DNA of 64,000 nucleotides from the NCBI GenBank assembly GCA_045125095.1, contig JBGVMW010000141.1:6984-70983 (forward strand), given 5' to 3'. This DNA is from Lachnospiraceae bacterium. GTDB lineage: Bacteria > Bacillota > Clostridia > Lachnospirales > Lachnospiraceae. The notes under the pieces were generated by a model. It saw nothing but the letters and a program-made list of their open reading frames with translations, was not told where the DNA came from and did not search any database. This document shows, piece by piece, positions 53,776 through 63,314 of this stretch (the stretch's first letter is position 1; the number at the start of each line of letters is the position of its first letter). A program made the translations under genes and the position numbers.

Positions 53776-55026
53776 ATGGGAATGACAATTGCAGAAAAAA
53801 TTATTGCCAGAGCAGCAGGCGTTTCAGAAGTAAAGCCGGGCGATATCCATACCGTTGAAGTAGATCAGTTAATGAGTAATGATGGTACCACACATCTTAC
53901 GATTGATATGTATCATAATAAATTAAAAAATCCAAAGATTGCAGATGTAAATAAATTAGTATGGATTGTAGATCACAATGTACCATCAGACAGTCCAAAA
54001 ACAGCAGCTTCTCACAAGAAAATGAGAGATTTTTCAAAAGAGCATGGCATTACTTTTTATGAGGGTCAGGGTGTCTGTCACCAGATTATGATGGAAAATC
54101 ATGTTCGTCCGGGACAGCTTATTTTTGGTGCAGACAGCCATACCTGTGCATACGGTGCATTAGGTGCATTTGGTACAGGTGTGGGATGTACGGATTATCT
54201 GTATGCTATGGTAACAGGAAAGTCATGGGTATTAGTACCGGAGACGATTCGTTTTAATTTAACAGGCAAATTAAAAGCAGGAGTCTATGCAAGAGATGTG
54301 ATCTTAACTATCATCGGAAAAATTGGTGCCAACGGTGCCAACTACAAGGCGATGGAATTTGCCGGAGAAGGCTTAAAGACTTTAAACATGAGTGACCGTA
54401 TTTCTATCTGTAATCTGTGTGTAGAAGCTGGCGCAAAGACTGCGCTCATGGAGGTAGATGAAGTAGCCATGGATTACTTAAAAGAGCATGGCAGAGAACC
54501 GGTTGCTACCTATACAAGTGATGAAGATGCAACATTTTCAGAAGTATATGACATCGATTTAGGCGAAATTGAGCCAATCGTGGCAAAGCCACATTTTGTA
54601 GATAATGTAGTTCCTGCAAAAGAATGTGCAGGTGTAAAAATAGACGAAGCCTTTTTAGGTTCCTGCAACAACGGACGTTTAGAGGATTTAAGAGTAGGTG
54701 CAGAAATTCTTAAAGGCAAAAAAGTTCACCCATTAGTACGGTTTTTAGTAGTTCCGGCAAGTAACGCCGTATATCAGGCAGCCTTAGAAGAAGGTCTTAT
54801 CGATATCTTTATGGAAGCCGGTGCTATCGTTATGAACGCCAACTGTAGCGTATGTTGGGGAAGCTGCCAGGGTGTAATCGGCGAAGGAGAAACCTTAATC
54901 AGTACCGGTACCCGTAACTTCAAAGGACGCGCCGGACATCCGGATTCCTTTGTGTATTTAGCATCTGCCGCAACGGTAACCGCATCCGCAATTAAAGGTG
55001 TGATTGCGACTGCAGATGAAGTGTAA
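53776..55026 (+). CDS. Aconitase-family dehydratase large subunit (LeuC-like, ~416 aa type), pair 1
   Basis: GVCHQ and GADSHT. Fe-S Cys ligands are in GSCNNGR and NCSVCWG. NRNF-type motif GTRNFKGR. Confidence 0.88.
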   Translation: MGMTIAEKIIARAAGVSEVKPGDIHTVEVDQLMSNDGTTHLTIDMYHNKLKNPKIADVNKLVWIVDHNVPSDSPKTAASHKKMRDFSKEHGITFYEGQGVCHQIMMENHVRPGQLIFGADSHTCAYGALGAFGTGVGCTDYLYAMVTGKSWVLVPETIRFNLTGKLKAGVYARDVILTIIGKIGANGANYKAMEFAGEGLKTLNMSDRISICNLCVEAGAKTALMEVDEVAMDYLKEHGREPVATYTSDEDATFSEVYDIDLGEIEPIVAKPHFVDNVVPAKECAGVKIDEAFLGSCNNGRLEDLRVGAEILKGKKVHPLVRFLVVPASNAVYQAALEEGLIDIFMEAGAIVMNANCSVCWGSCQGVIGEGETLISTGTRNFKGRAGHPDSFVYLASAATVTASAIKGVIATADEV

Positions 55027-55053
55027 GTAAGAAGTAAGAATGAAACTTAGATA

Positions 55054-55165
55054 GTAACTATTCAGAATAGGACTTCGCAGTCCGTAAGAAAATACTGTGG
55101 TTGCATTTTAACTAGGAATGTAATTCAGGGTTAAATGGTAACTTACGAGGGTACTGAATAGTTAC
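55054..55165 (+). repeat. Repeat D copy 4, between the two dehydratase gene pairs
   Basis: GTAACTATTCAGAATAGGACTTCGCAGTCCGTAAG...GGTACTGAATAGTTAC. Confidence 0.8.
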
Positions 55166-55189
55166 CTTAAATAAAAGAAAGGAACAATC

Positions 55190-55681
55190 ATGGAACAATT
55201 CACTGGAAAAGTATGGTTACTTGGCGATGATATCGACACCGACATTATCATCCCAACAGAATATTTAGCATTAAAAACAGTAAAGGACATGACCCCATAT
55301 GCCTTTTCCCCACTCCGTCCGGAATTAGCAGGACAGATTGAACCGGGAGATATCATTGTGGCAGGAAAGAACTTCGGCTGTGGTTCCTCCAGAGAACAGG
55401 CACCGGAAATCATCAAAGCATTGGGTGTAAAATGTGTCATTGCAAAATCATTTGCAAGAATTTTCTTCCGTAATTCCATCAACAATGGTCTGCTGTTGAT
55501 AGAAAATCCGGACCTTAGAGAAGCAGTAGAAGAAGGCGACACCATTGAAGTAACCGTAAATGAGCAGATTACACATAAGGGCAATTCATACCCAATTACA
55601 TCACTGCCTCAGAATCTGGTAGATATCATTAACGCAGGTGGTCTGGTAAAGGCAATGCGTAAGAGAAATGGATTAGATTAG
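55190..55681 (+). CDS. Aconitase-family dehydratase small subunit (LeuD-like), pair 2
   Basis: [21 protein letters not shown] and [14 protein letters not shown]. Confidence 0.85.
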   Translation: MEQFTGKVWLLGDDIDTDIIIPTEYLALKTVKDMTPYAFSPLRPELAGQIEPGDIIVAGKNFGCGSSREQAPEIIKALGVKCVIAKSFARIFFRNSINNGLLLIENPDLREAVEEGDTIEVTVNEQITHKGNSYPITSLPQNLVDIINAGGLVKAMRKRNGLD

Positions 55682-55692
55682 GAGGAAGCACA

Positions 55693-56937
55693 ATGGGCGC
55701 AACAATTATCGAAAAAATTGTTCGAAAGAACACAGGAATTGATACAGCAAAAGCAAATGATATTGTAACGGTGAATGTAGACCGTGTCATGATACATGAT
55801 ATTTTTATTCCATTTGTAGCGGAGAAATTCGAGGAAATGGGATTTACAAAGCTTTGGGATGCGGACAAAGTCGTATTGATATATGACCATTTAGTACCGG
55901 CAAGTCAAGTGGACGATACCAGACATTTCCGTGTGGGAAATGAATTCGTAGAAAAATACGGAATGAAGAATATCCACCGTTCCGACGGAATCTGCCATCA
56001 GCTTATGACAGAGGCGGGTTATGTAAAGCCTGGCAATATCGTATTTGGTACAGACAGCCATACGACTACATATGGATGTGTAGGTGCATTTTCATCCGGT
56101 ATCGGTTACACAGAAATGGCGAGTATTTTAGGAACAGGTACCATGTGGATTAAGGTACCGGAGACCATTCGTGTTAATATTACAGGTACTTTGCCAGCTA
56201 ATGTAACTTCTAAGGATATCATCCTTCGCCTGATTGGTGATTTAGGAGCAGATGGTGCTACTTACAAGGCGTTGGAGTTTGCCGGTGATACGGTGGAAGC
56301 TATGAGTGTGGCAAGCCGTATGACAATTGCAAACATGGCAATTGAAGCAGGTGCGAAATGTGCGTTATTTACACCGGACGAAAAGACAGCAGAATACTGT
56401 AACATGCAACTGACGGATGCAGAGCGCGATTTGGTTGGTGATGCAGATGCTTCCTATGTAAAGGTTATCAATTACAAGGCAGAGGAGTTTGTTCCTGTTT
56501 TGGCATGTCCGTCACAGGTGGACAATATCAAGCCGGTCAGTGAGTTAGAAGGAACAGAAATTGACCAGGTATTTATTGGTTCCTGTACCAATGGACGTTT
56601 AGAAGATTTAGAGAAGGCAGCAGCTTATTTAAAGGGTAAAAAGGTGGCTCCTTATGTGAAATGTATTGTGACACCGGCAAGCCGTAAGATATACAGAGAA
56701 GCAGCTGCAAACGGTACACTTGCCATTTTGGCAGAAGCAGGTGCCATCATTACACATCCCGGCTGTGGTCTCTGTTGTGGACGTACCGGTGGTATCTTAA
56801 CAGACGGTGAGCGGGTAGTGGCTACCAATAACCGTAATTTCTTAGGAAGAATGGGAACCTCAAAAGTAGAAATCTTCCTGGCGTCTCCTGCAACAGCAGC
56901 AGCATGTGCAGTGGCAGGTAAAATTGTGATGCCATAG
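55693..56937 (+). CDS. Aconitase-family dehydratase large subunit (LeuC-like), pair 2
   Basis: GICHQ, GTDSHT, GSCTNGR, GCGLCCG and NNRNFLGR. Confidence 0.88.
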   Translation: MGATIIEKIVRKNTGIDTAKANDIVTVNVDRVMIHDIFIPFVAEKFEEMGFTKLWDADKVVLIYDHLVPASQVDDTRHFRVGNEFVEKYGMKNIHRSDGICHQLMTEAGYVKPGNIVFGTDSHTTTYGCVGAFSSGIGYTEMASILGTGTMWIKVPETIRVNITGTLPANVTSKDIILRLIGDLGADGATYKALEFAGDTVEAMSVASRMTIANMAIEAGAKCALFTPDEKTAEYCNMQLTDAERDLVGDADASYVKVINYKAEEFVPVLACPSQVDNIKPVSELEGTEIDQVFIGSCTNGRLEDLEKAAAYLKGKKVAPYVKCIVTPASRKIYREAAANGTLAILAEAGAIITHPGCGLCCGRTGGILTDGERVVATNNRNFLGRMGTSKVEIFLASPATAAACAVAGKIVMP

Positions 56938-57024
56938 TAAGAGAAATATAGTAATAATTTTTCTAATCCTTCCATATAGTAGAATGGGTGTAAATAACAC
57001 TGCTATTGTAAGGAGGATGGGTAA

Positions 57025-58242
57025 ATGTCGGAATATAAGCGGTTTATGGCATATCTTTATGCGTATGAAAGAGGGCAGAAGGCTGGCAATTGCGGATTTG
57101 CGAAAGTGACAGTGAAAAATGATGACGGTTTCGTGAATCTGCATGTCAAGCTTCCGAATCAGAAAACAAGAATGGGATGTGCAGTGTACTTATATTACAG
57201 AAGTGAAGATAAGAGTAGAATGTACGGCGTTTCTATTGGCGAATTTGTGATTGTAAATGGAGTGGGAGAAGGTTCCCTTCCTTTTTCGGCAACCACAATC
57301 GGAATGGAACGCCGTTTCTTTTCAGAAATGGGAGGATTATATCTGGTATTAGATAACGAAGGAGTGATTGCCACAGAATGGGAGGACATTCCTATAAGAC
57401 CAGAATCTTTTCAGGTAGAATCAGGGGTGCAGGCAGAAACCGGGTGTATGGGGAGTGTGGAACAGGATACGCAGTTTGAAGAAGGATTGGATGCAGAGGA
57501 AATAAAAGAGTCATCTGTACAAGAGGAGTTCCGGGCACAGGAAATGCAATCAGCAAGTGTGTCTGCGGAACAGCAAGTCACATATGAGACAATACCCACT
57601 CAGGATCAGAATCGGCAAGAAGTAATTACATCAGATATTTCCACGGAATTACATACAGAAGAATCAGAATCGAATTATGAGATGGAAACAGAATCAAAAC
57701 CGGAGATTACGGTTACAGACGAAGGTCATATTCATGCGGCATCTGCATTGGCAGAGGAAAGACCGGTGCAAACTTGTATGGCAGGCAGAAATGGATCTTG
57801 TCCATATCAAAAGGAAGAACGAAACCGGGAAACGATTCGTGAGCCGGAAGAATGCAAAACAGCAAAGGAACCAGAACGCATATCTCCGTTTATGGATAAA
57901 TGGACACAGTTAAAAAGCAGATATCCGGTGGTATCGCCCTTTGACAACGATGATTCGATCACCTGCATCCGCATCCAGCCCAAGGATATTTGTCTGTTAA
58001 ATCGCAAAGAATGGATTCTTGGCAATAATAATTTTCTTCTACATGGCTACTGTAATTACCGGTACCTGCTTTTAGGAAAGATAGAAGCAGAAGGAAAATA
58101 CATTATTTGTGTACCTGGTAATTTTTATTCAAAGGAAAAAATGATGGCGTCAATGTTCGGCTTCCAGAATTTTAAAATGGCAGGTAATGGAGAACTGCGT
58201 CAGGGAGAATTCGGGTACTGGTATCGGGAGATTGCGTTATAA
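57025..58242 (+). CDS. Hypothetical protein (conserved N- and C-terminal domains joined by an acidic low-complexity linker)
   Basis: Long ORF. The N-terminus is YLYAYERGQKAGNCGFAKV and the C-terminus is FLLHGYCNYRYLLLGK...GYWYREI. No family confidently recognised. Confidence 0.55.
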   Translation: MSEYKRFMAYLYAYERGQKAGNCGFAKVTVKNDDGFVNLHVKLPNQKTRMGCAVYLYYRSEDKSRMYGVSIGEFVIVNGVGEGSLPFSATTIGMERRFFSEMGGLYLVLDNEGVIATEWEDIPIRPESFQVESGVQAETGCMGSVEQDTQFEEGLDAEEIKESSVQEEFRAQEMQSASVSAEQQVTYETIPTQDQNRQEVITSDISTELHTEESESNYEMETESKPEITVTDEGHIHAASALAEERPVQTCMAGRNGSCPYQKEERNRETIREPEECKTAKEPERISPFMDKWTQLKSRYPVVSPFDNDDSITCIRIQPKDICLLNRKEWILGNNNFLLHGYCNYRYLLLGKIEAEGKYIICVPGNFYSKEKMMASMFGFQNFKMAGNGELRQGEFGYWYREIAL

Positions 58243-58304
58243 TTCTATAACAACTGCTAAATTACATTGAATATTTATGCGGAAAGGATAGAGGCAATGT
58301 TCGA

Positions 58305-59030
58305 TTAACGAAGTTCTGTATGTGGAACAGATTCCCTTGCGGCTTGCAACAGAAGCATAGCTTCTTCTTCGCTGAAAGAAGACAACAACGGTTCTGGTTG
58401 ACAGCCGGTTTCCACCTGCATCATGGCATGGATTAAAACATCACCGGAATCCTTGTAATTTTGCAGATAATACCGTTTACAGCCTTTAATCTCCGTGGCA
58501 ATATCCCGTATCATATCTGCATCATGAAGTTCTCGCACCACAGTAGTGCGGAATTCATATTCCATGTCTGAGGAGAGCAACAGAGAAAGAGATTCTTGAA
58601 TTCTTTCATAGGAAATACCAGCGAATCCGGTAATCTGCTGGTAACGCTCTTTAGAAGCTTTGATATCCATAGCAACATAATCAAGTAGCTGTTCCTGCAA
58701 TAACAGACGAATCATATCCGGGTTTGTACCATTTGTATCTAATTTCACAAGGAACCCCAGTTGCTTCACACGACGAATAAATGCAGGAAGTTCCGTGTAC
58801 AAAGTAGGCTCTCCGCCACTGATACACAATCCATCAATTAACCCTGTTCGTTTTCTAAGGAAAGAGAGTACCTCCTCCTCCGAGAACGCATCAGGGTTAT
58901 TTTCATTTCGGACAAGTCTGCTATTATGACAATAAGGACACCGCAAATTGCATCCCCCCACAAAAACAATCCCAGCCACATGCCCCGGATAATCTAATAA
59001 AGTTGTTTTCTGAAATCCCTGAAAAATCAT
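58305..59030 (-). CDS. nrdG: Anaerobic ribonucleotide reductase activating protein (radical SAM)
   Basis: TLLDYPG...GCNLRCPYCHN (CxxxCxxC) and GGEPTL. Confidence 0.85.
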   Translation of the reverse strand: MIFQGFQKTTLLDYPGHVAGIVFVGGCNLRCPYCHNSRLVRNENNPDAFSEEEVLSFLRKRTGLIDGLCISGGEPTLYTELPAFIRRVKQLGFLVKLDTNGTNPDMIRLLLQEQLLDYVAMDIKASKERYQQITGFAGISYERIQESLSLLLSSDMEYEFRTTVVRELHDADMIRDIATEIKGCKRYYLQNYKDSGDVLIHAMMQVETGCQPEPLLSSFSEEEAMLLLQAARESVPHTELR

Positions 59031-59141
59031 GCCACCGCACCCCCTTCTGACACTTCATGGACGGGTAGAAAAATTTATTTATATTTATCTAACGCATATT
59101 TTATGATAAAATAAGCAAAAGCACAAGAGAGGAACACACAT

Positions 59142-59624
59142 ATGACCCAGGATGAACGATTTATGAAAGAAGCCATCAAGCAGGCAAAAAAAGCGTATAA
59201 ACTCTTAGAAGTTCCTATCGGCTGTGTAATAGTCCATGAGGGAAAAATCATAGCCAGAGGTTATAATAGAAGAAATACCGACAAGAATACCCTTGCGCAT
59301 GCGGAACTGACAGCCATACGAAAAGCGGCTAAGGTCTTAGGAGACTGGCGGTTAGAAGGATGCACCATGTATGTAACTCTAGAGCCTTGCCAAATGTGTG
59401 CCGGAGCGTTGGTACAGGCAAGAATTGATAAAGTGTATATCGGATGCATGAATAAAAAGGCAGGCTGCGCAGGTTCTGTTCTCAACCTGTTAGAAATGCA
59501 GGAATTTAATCACCAGGTAGAGACGGAACGCGGATTGTTGGAGGAAGAGTGCAGCACCATGCTTTCGACATTTTTTAAGGAGCTGCGTATCGCTCATAAA
59601 GAGAAGCGGGATAAAGAAAAATAA
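59142..59624 (+). CDS. tadA: tRNA-specific adenosine deaminase
   Basis: HAELTAI and PCQMCAGA zinc motifs. Confidence 0.92.
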   Translation: MTQDERFMKEAIKQAKKAYKLLEVPIGCVIVHEGKIIARGYNRRNTDKNTLAHAELTAIRKAAKVLGDWRLEGCTMYVTLEPCQMCAGALVQARIDKVYIGCMNKKAGCAGSVLNLLEMQEFNHQVETERGLLEEECSTMLSTFFKELRIAHKEKRDKEK

Positions 59625-59743
59625 GGTAATTTAATGAATAATTAATAAATCTCTTTCACTTTTCTTAAAAATAGGACTTTAGAATACTTGTTATAGTCGG
59701 ATAGAAAAGCGTAAGAGTATACTACCAAAAAGGAGGTGGAATC

Positions 59744-60439
59744 GTGTTTACAGTGTTGGTGTGTGATGATGACAAGGAAATAGTGAATGCGATAGAAATA
59801 TATCTGGTGCAGGAAGGTTATCGAGTGTTAAAAGCATATGATGGAATTCAGGCAATAGATATGTTGAAAAAAGAGGAAGTGCATCTTTTAGTAATTGATG
59901 TGATGATGCCACGAATGGATGGAATTCGTGCAACATTAAAGATTCGTGAGGAAAGTAGCATTCCCATTATTATTTTATCTGCAAAAACAGAAGATTCTGA
60001 TAAGATATTAGGATTAAATATCGGTGCAGATGATTATGTGAGCAAGCCATTCAATCCATTGGAGCTGGTGGCAAGAGTAAAATCGCAGTTACGAAGATAC
60101 ACAGCACTTGGCACAATGAAGGAAGCAGAGGATGGTAATATTTTTTCTACAGGTGGTTTGGAAATCAATGATGATTTGAAGGAAGTCACTGTGGACGGCG
60201 AGTTAGTAAAGCTGACACCCATAGAATACAATATATTGCTTCTTCTTGTAAAACATCAGGGAAAAGTCTTCTCCATTAACCAGATTTATGAGAGTATCTG
60301 GAATGAGGATGCCATTGGAGCTGATAATACAGTAGCAGTTCATATCCGACATATACGTGAAAAGATTGAGATAAACCCAAAAGACCCACGTTATTTAAAA
60401 GTGGTATGGGGAGTTGGCTATAAGGTCGAAAAGTTATAG
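59744..60439 (+). CDS. OmpR-family response regulator
   Basis: REC domain (VCDDDKEI, LVIDVMMPRMDG, SAKT) plus a winged helix (VAVHIRHIREKI, VWGVGYK). GTG start. Confidence 0.9.
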   Translation: MFTVLVCDDDKEIVNAIEIYLVQEGYRVLKAYDGIQAIDMLKKEEVHLLVIDVMMPRMDGIRATLKIREESSIPIIILSAKTEDSDKILGLNIGADDYVSKPFNPLELVARVKSQLRRYTALGTMKEAEDGNIFSTGGLEINDDLKEVTVDGELVKLTPIEYNILLLLVKHQGKVFSINQIYESIWNEDAIGADNTVAVHIRHIREKIEINPKDPRYLKVVWGVGYKVEKL

Positions 60440-60460
60440 CCGGAAAGGAGACGGTAGGAT

Positions 60461-63022
60461 ATGAAGCATCCATATTTCTGGAAAACAACAGTAATACTGT
60501 TACAGGTTATGTGCTTACTGGGTATATTTGGTATTTGTTATGCCGGGTATTACAAGGCTGGAAACAGTATTATTAGTATGGCTCAGATAGATGGAGGTAA
60601 GTACGAAAATACGGAATATTATCTGAATGAAGTGAACCGGCAGATTGTGTCCCTCAGTGACCTGGTTCAGCAAGAGGAAATGTTCAAAAAGGATGAGAGT
60701 GGAAGAATGTCATATACCATGAATATGAATAGTTATGGATATGATTTTATTGAATACGAAGTGGAGACACTGTTAAATGCACAAGTAATCTGGTCTGCGT
60801 ATACGATCGTATTTTCGTATGAAAGTGAAGAATTGGTTCCGGAAGATGGTGAAATTATACTGCCTGCAGAAGCAAGACGTATTATACTCGAAAGCAATGC
60901 GGAAGGACTCAGTCAGAAATATTTAGAAGAAGTTAAGGAAGAAGCAAAGAGTGAGGGCGAGAATTATAATTGGATTTTGTATGATTCGGATGGAAGAGCT
61001 ATTGGTGGTATGAAACCATTCGCAGAAGACAGCCAGTATGACGAAACCTTGAGTGTACAATACAACTTCTCTATTTTAAATGAAAAGGCATCCGGTCTTC
61101 GGACGAAGGAAGGAAAAAGCCTGCTTGAGTATTGTAAAAAAATTCCTATCTATGAATATCAGAATGCCTTCTTTGTACTTGGCGATATGATAGAAAACGT
61201 GAAGTATGCTTATGACAATTATCAGCAACATCTATATCAGGCATCAGCTTCTGTCTGTGTTATGATTGCAGGTGTAGAAAATGAATGTCTGTATAACAAC
61301 GGTTCCGGAGCGTTTGTGGAGGATTTGTATACTGCTGGAGATAAGTGGTTAAAGACAGCAAAAGAAAATCAGGATAATTATAATTATATATATTTCAATA
61401 GCAAGAATTTTCGAATGGAGACCAGTCTGAATGTAGATACAAACCAGTTGTACGATTGGTATATGGATCTGGGAGATATCTTTGACCATGATTTTGCTGC
61501 AGCAATTACCATTCCGGCAGGAGATATTTCTAACTATGAAATGCAGGATGCCCTTCGTGAAGGAAAAATTCTGTATGACCAGATACGCCCACAAATGAAA
61601 TATTATGTAAGTGTGTTGTTGGGATGTCTGATAGTGTTTATTATTCTTCTGATTGCGTTTACCAGTATGTGCGGACGTTCCAAGTCAGAAGGAATTACAG
61701 TAATCTGGTTTGATAAAATTCCTACCGAAATTGCCATATGTATTATGTTGGGATTAGCGCTGTTTGGCTGGTGTGTTACCGTTGCGGTATTCAAGGAGTC
61801 TCTTAGTCATATGAGTAACCTTATTTATCTTGGAATGGATATGACAATGGTTGTTATTCTACACCTGCTGTTCCTCTTTGGTTATTCTTCTCTTGTAAGA
61901 AGAATGAAGGCGGGAGTTCTGTGGAAGAACAGTATCGTAAAAATGTTATGGACAGGAGCAGTATTTTGTTTCAGCCATATTCATGAGACTGTTACAACAT
62001 TAGCCGGATATGTGGTATTCCTATTGTTTAATATTTTTATGACTATGATGGCGTTTGTTGATGAAAGTTTTTATGCACTTGTAATTATGCTAGTTATAGA
62101 TGCATTGGTTGGGGGATGTTTGTTGTATGAAGCTTACATCCGTCACAACATACAGAAAGCAGTAAAACGTATTTCAGATGGCGATATTACTTATCAAATG
62201 GATACTTCCTACATACAAGGTAGTTACCGTAAGCTGGTTGATAATCTGAACCATATCGGCGAAGGCTTGCAGGGTGCGGTGGATGCCAATATGAAAAATG
62301 AACGCTTAAAAACAGATTTGATTACAAATGTATCCCACGATATCAAAACGCCGCTTACTTCAATTATCAATTATATTGGTTTGATTAAGCGAGAGGATGT
62401 GGAAAATGAGCGAATCAGGGAATATGTGAACGTATTAGATCAAAAAGCCCAACGGTTAAAATCCTTAACAGAGGACTTAGTTGAGGTATCCAGAATTACA
62501 TCAGGAAATATTGTTCTGCAAATAATGCCGCTTGATTTCGTGGAAATTGTCCAGCAGACGGCTGCTGAATTTGATGAAAAATTCGAAGAACGCAATTTGC
62601 AGTTAATTATGAATTTTCCACCGGAAAGCATTACCATTCATGCGGATGGCAGAAGGTTATACAGAGTCATTGAAAATCTGTTTAATAATGTTGCTAAGTA
62701 TGCGATGCCAGCCACAAGGGTGTATGTAGATATTTTCTTAGAAACTGGGGGGAGTAAGGCCGTGTTGTCAGTAAAAAATATATCCGAAAATCCTTTGAAC
62801 ATTCAGGAAAAAGACCTTACGGAGCGATTTATTCGTGGTGATGTGTCAAGAACTACAGAGGGAAGTGGGTTAGGCCTTTCTATAGCAAAAAACCTGACAG
62901 AAGCCCAGGGTGGTGTATTTGAAATTTATCTGGATGGAGACTTGTTCCGGGTGACGATTACATTTCCACGCATACGTCGTGAATTTGCAAAAGTAGAGGA
63001 AGAAAAGGGACAGGAAGAATAG
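60461..63022 (+). CDS. Sensor histidine kinase with a ~350-aa extracytoplasmic domain and a multi-TM block
   Basis: N-terminal TM, a large non-hydrophobic domain, and about 6 TM segments. H-box ITNVSHDIKTPLTSI, N-box LFNNVAKYA and GSGLGLSIA. Confidence 0.88.
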   Translation: MKHPYFWKTTVILLQVMCLLGIFGICYAGYYKAGNSIISMAQIDGGKYENTEYYLNEVNRQIVSLSDLVQQEEMFKKDESGRMSYTMNMNSYGYDFIEYEVETLLNAQVIWSAYTIVFSYESEELVPEDGEIILPAEARRIILESNAEGLSQKYLEEVKEEAKSEGENYNWILYDSDGRAIGGMKPFAEDSQYDETLSVQYNFSILNEKASGLRTKEGKSLLEYCKKIPIYEYQNAFFVLGDMIENVKYAYDNYQQHLYQASASVCVMIAGVENECLYNNGSGAFVEDLYTAGDKWLKTAKENQDNYNYIYFNSKNFRMETSLNVDTNQLYDWYMDLGDIFDHDFAAAITIPAGDISNYEMQDALREGKILYDQIRPQMKYYVSVLLGCLIVFIILLIAFTSMCGRSKSEGITVIWFDKIPTEIAICIMLGLALFGWCVTVAVFKESLSHMSNLIYLGMDMTMVVILHLLFLFGYSSLVRRMKAGVLWKNSIVKMLWTGAVFCFSHIHETVTTLAGYVVFLLFNIFMTMMAFVDESFYALVIMLVIDALVGGCLLYEAYIRHNIQKAVKRISDGDITYQMDTSYIQGSYRKLVDNLNHIGEGLQGAVDANMKNERLKTDLITNVSHDIKTPLTSIINYIGLIKREDVENERIREYVNVLDQKAQRLKSLTEDLVEVSRITSGNIVLQIMPLDFVEIVQQTAAEFDEKFEERNLQLIMNFPPESITIHADGRRLYRVIENLFNNVAKYAMPATRVYVDIFLETGGSKAVLSVKNISENPLNIQEKDLTERFIRGDVSRTTEGSGLGLSIAKNLTEAQGGVFEIYLDGDLFRVTITFPRIRREFAKVEEEKGQEE

Positions 63023-63314
63023 ATGCTATGCAAAAACAGAATATGAGTATGCATGTTTTTGATACAAGATGCTAAGATTTGCTTTTTTGTATAGAAAGGT
63101 GTATAATAGCCAGAGTAAAAGTAAGAATGAGGAACGATTGTTAAAATTGTTTCTCATTCTTGTTTGTTAGAGCGTGTAAAAAATATTCTGTGTGAATGAT
63201 ATCGTTAGTTACAAAACGATGTACTAATTTGTTGAAAAAAATGTTCAAATGCGCTCTGGGACTGCTGTGAATGGCAGTAGTCATATTTGCCAAAAGATTG
63301 TGCAAGGAGGCTAT

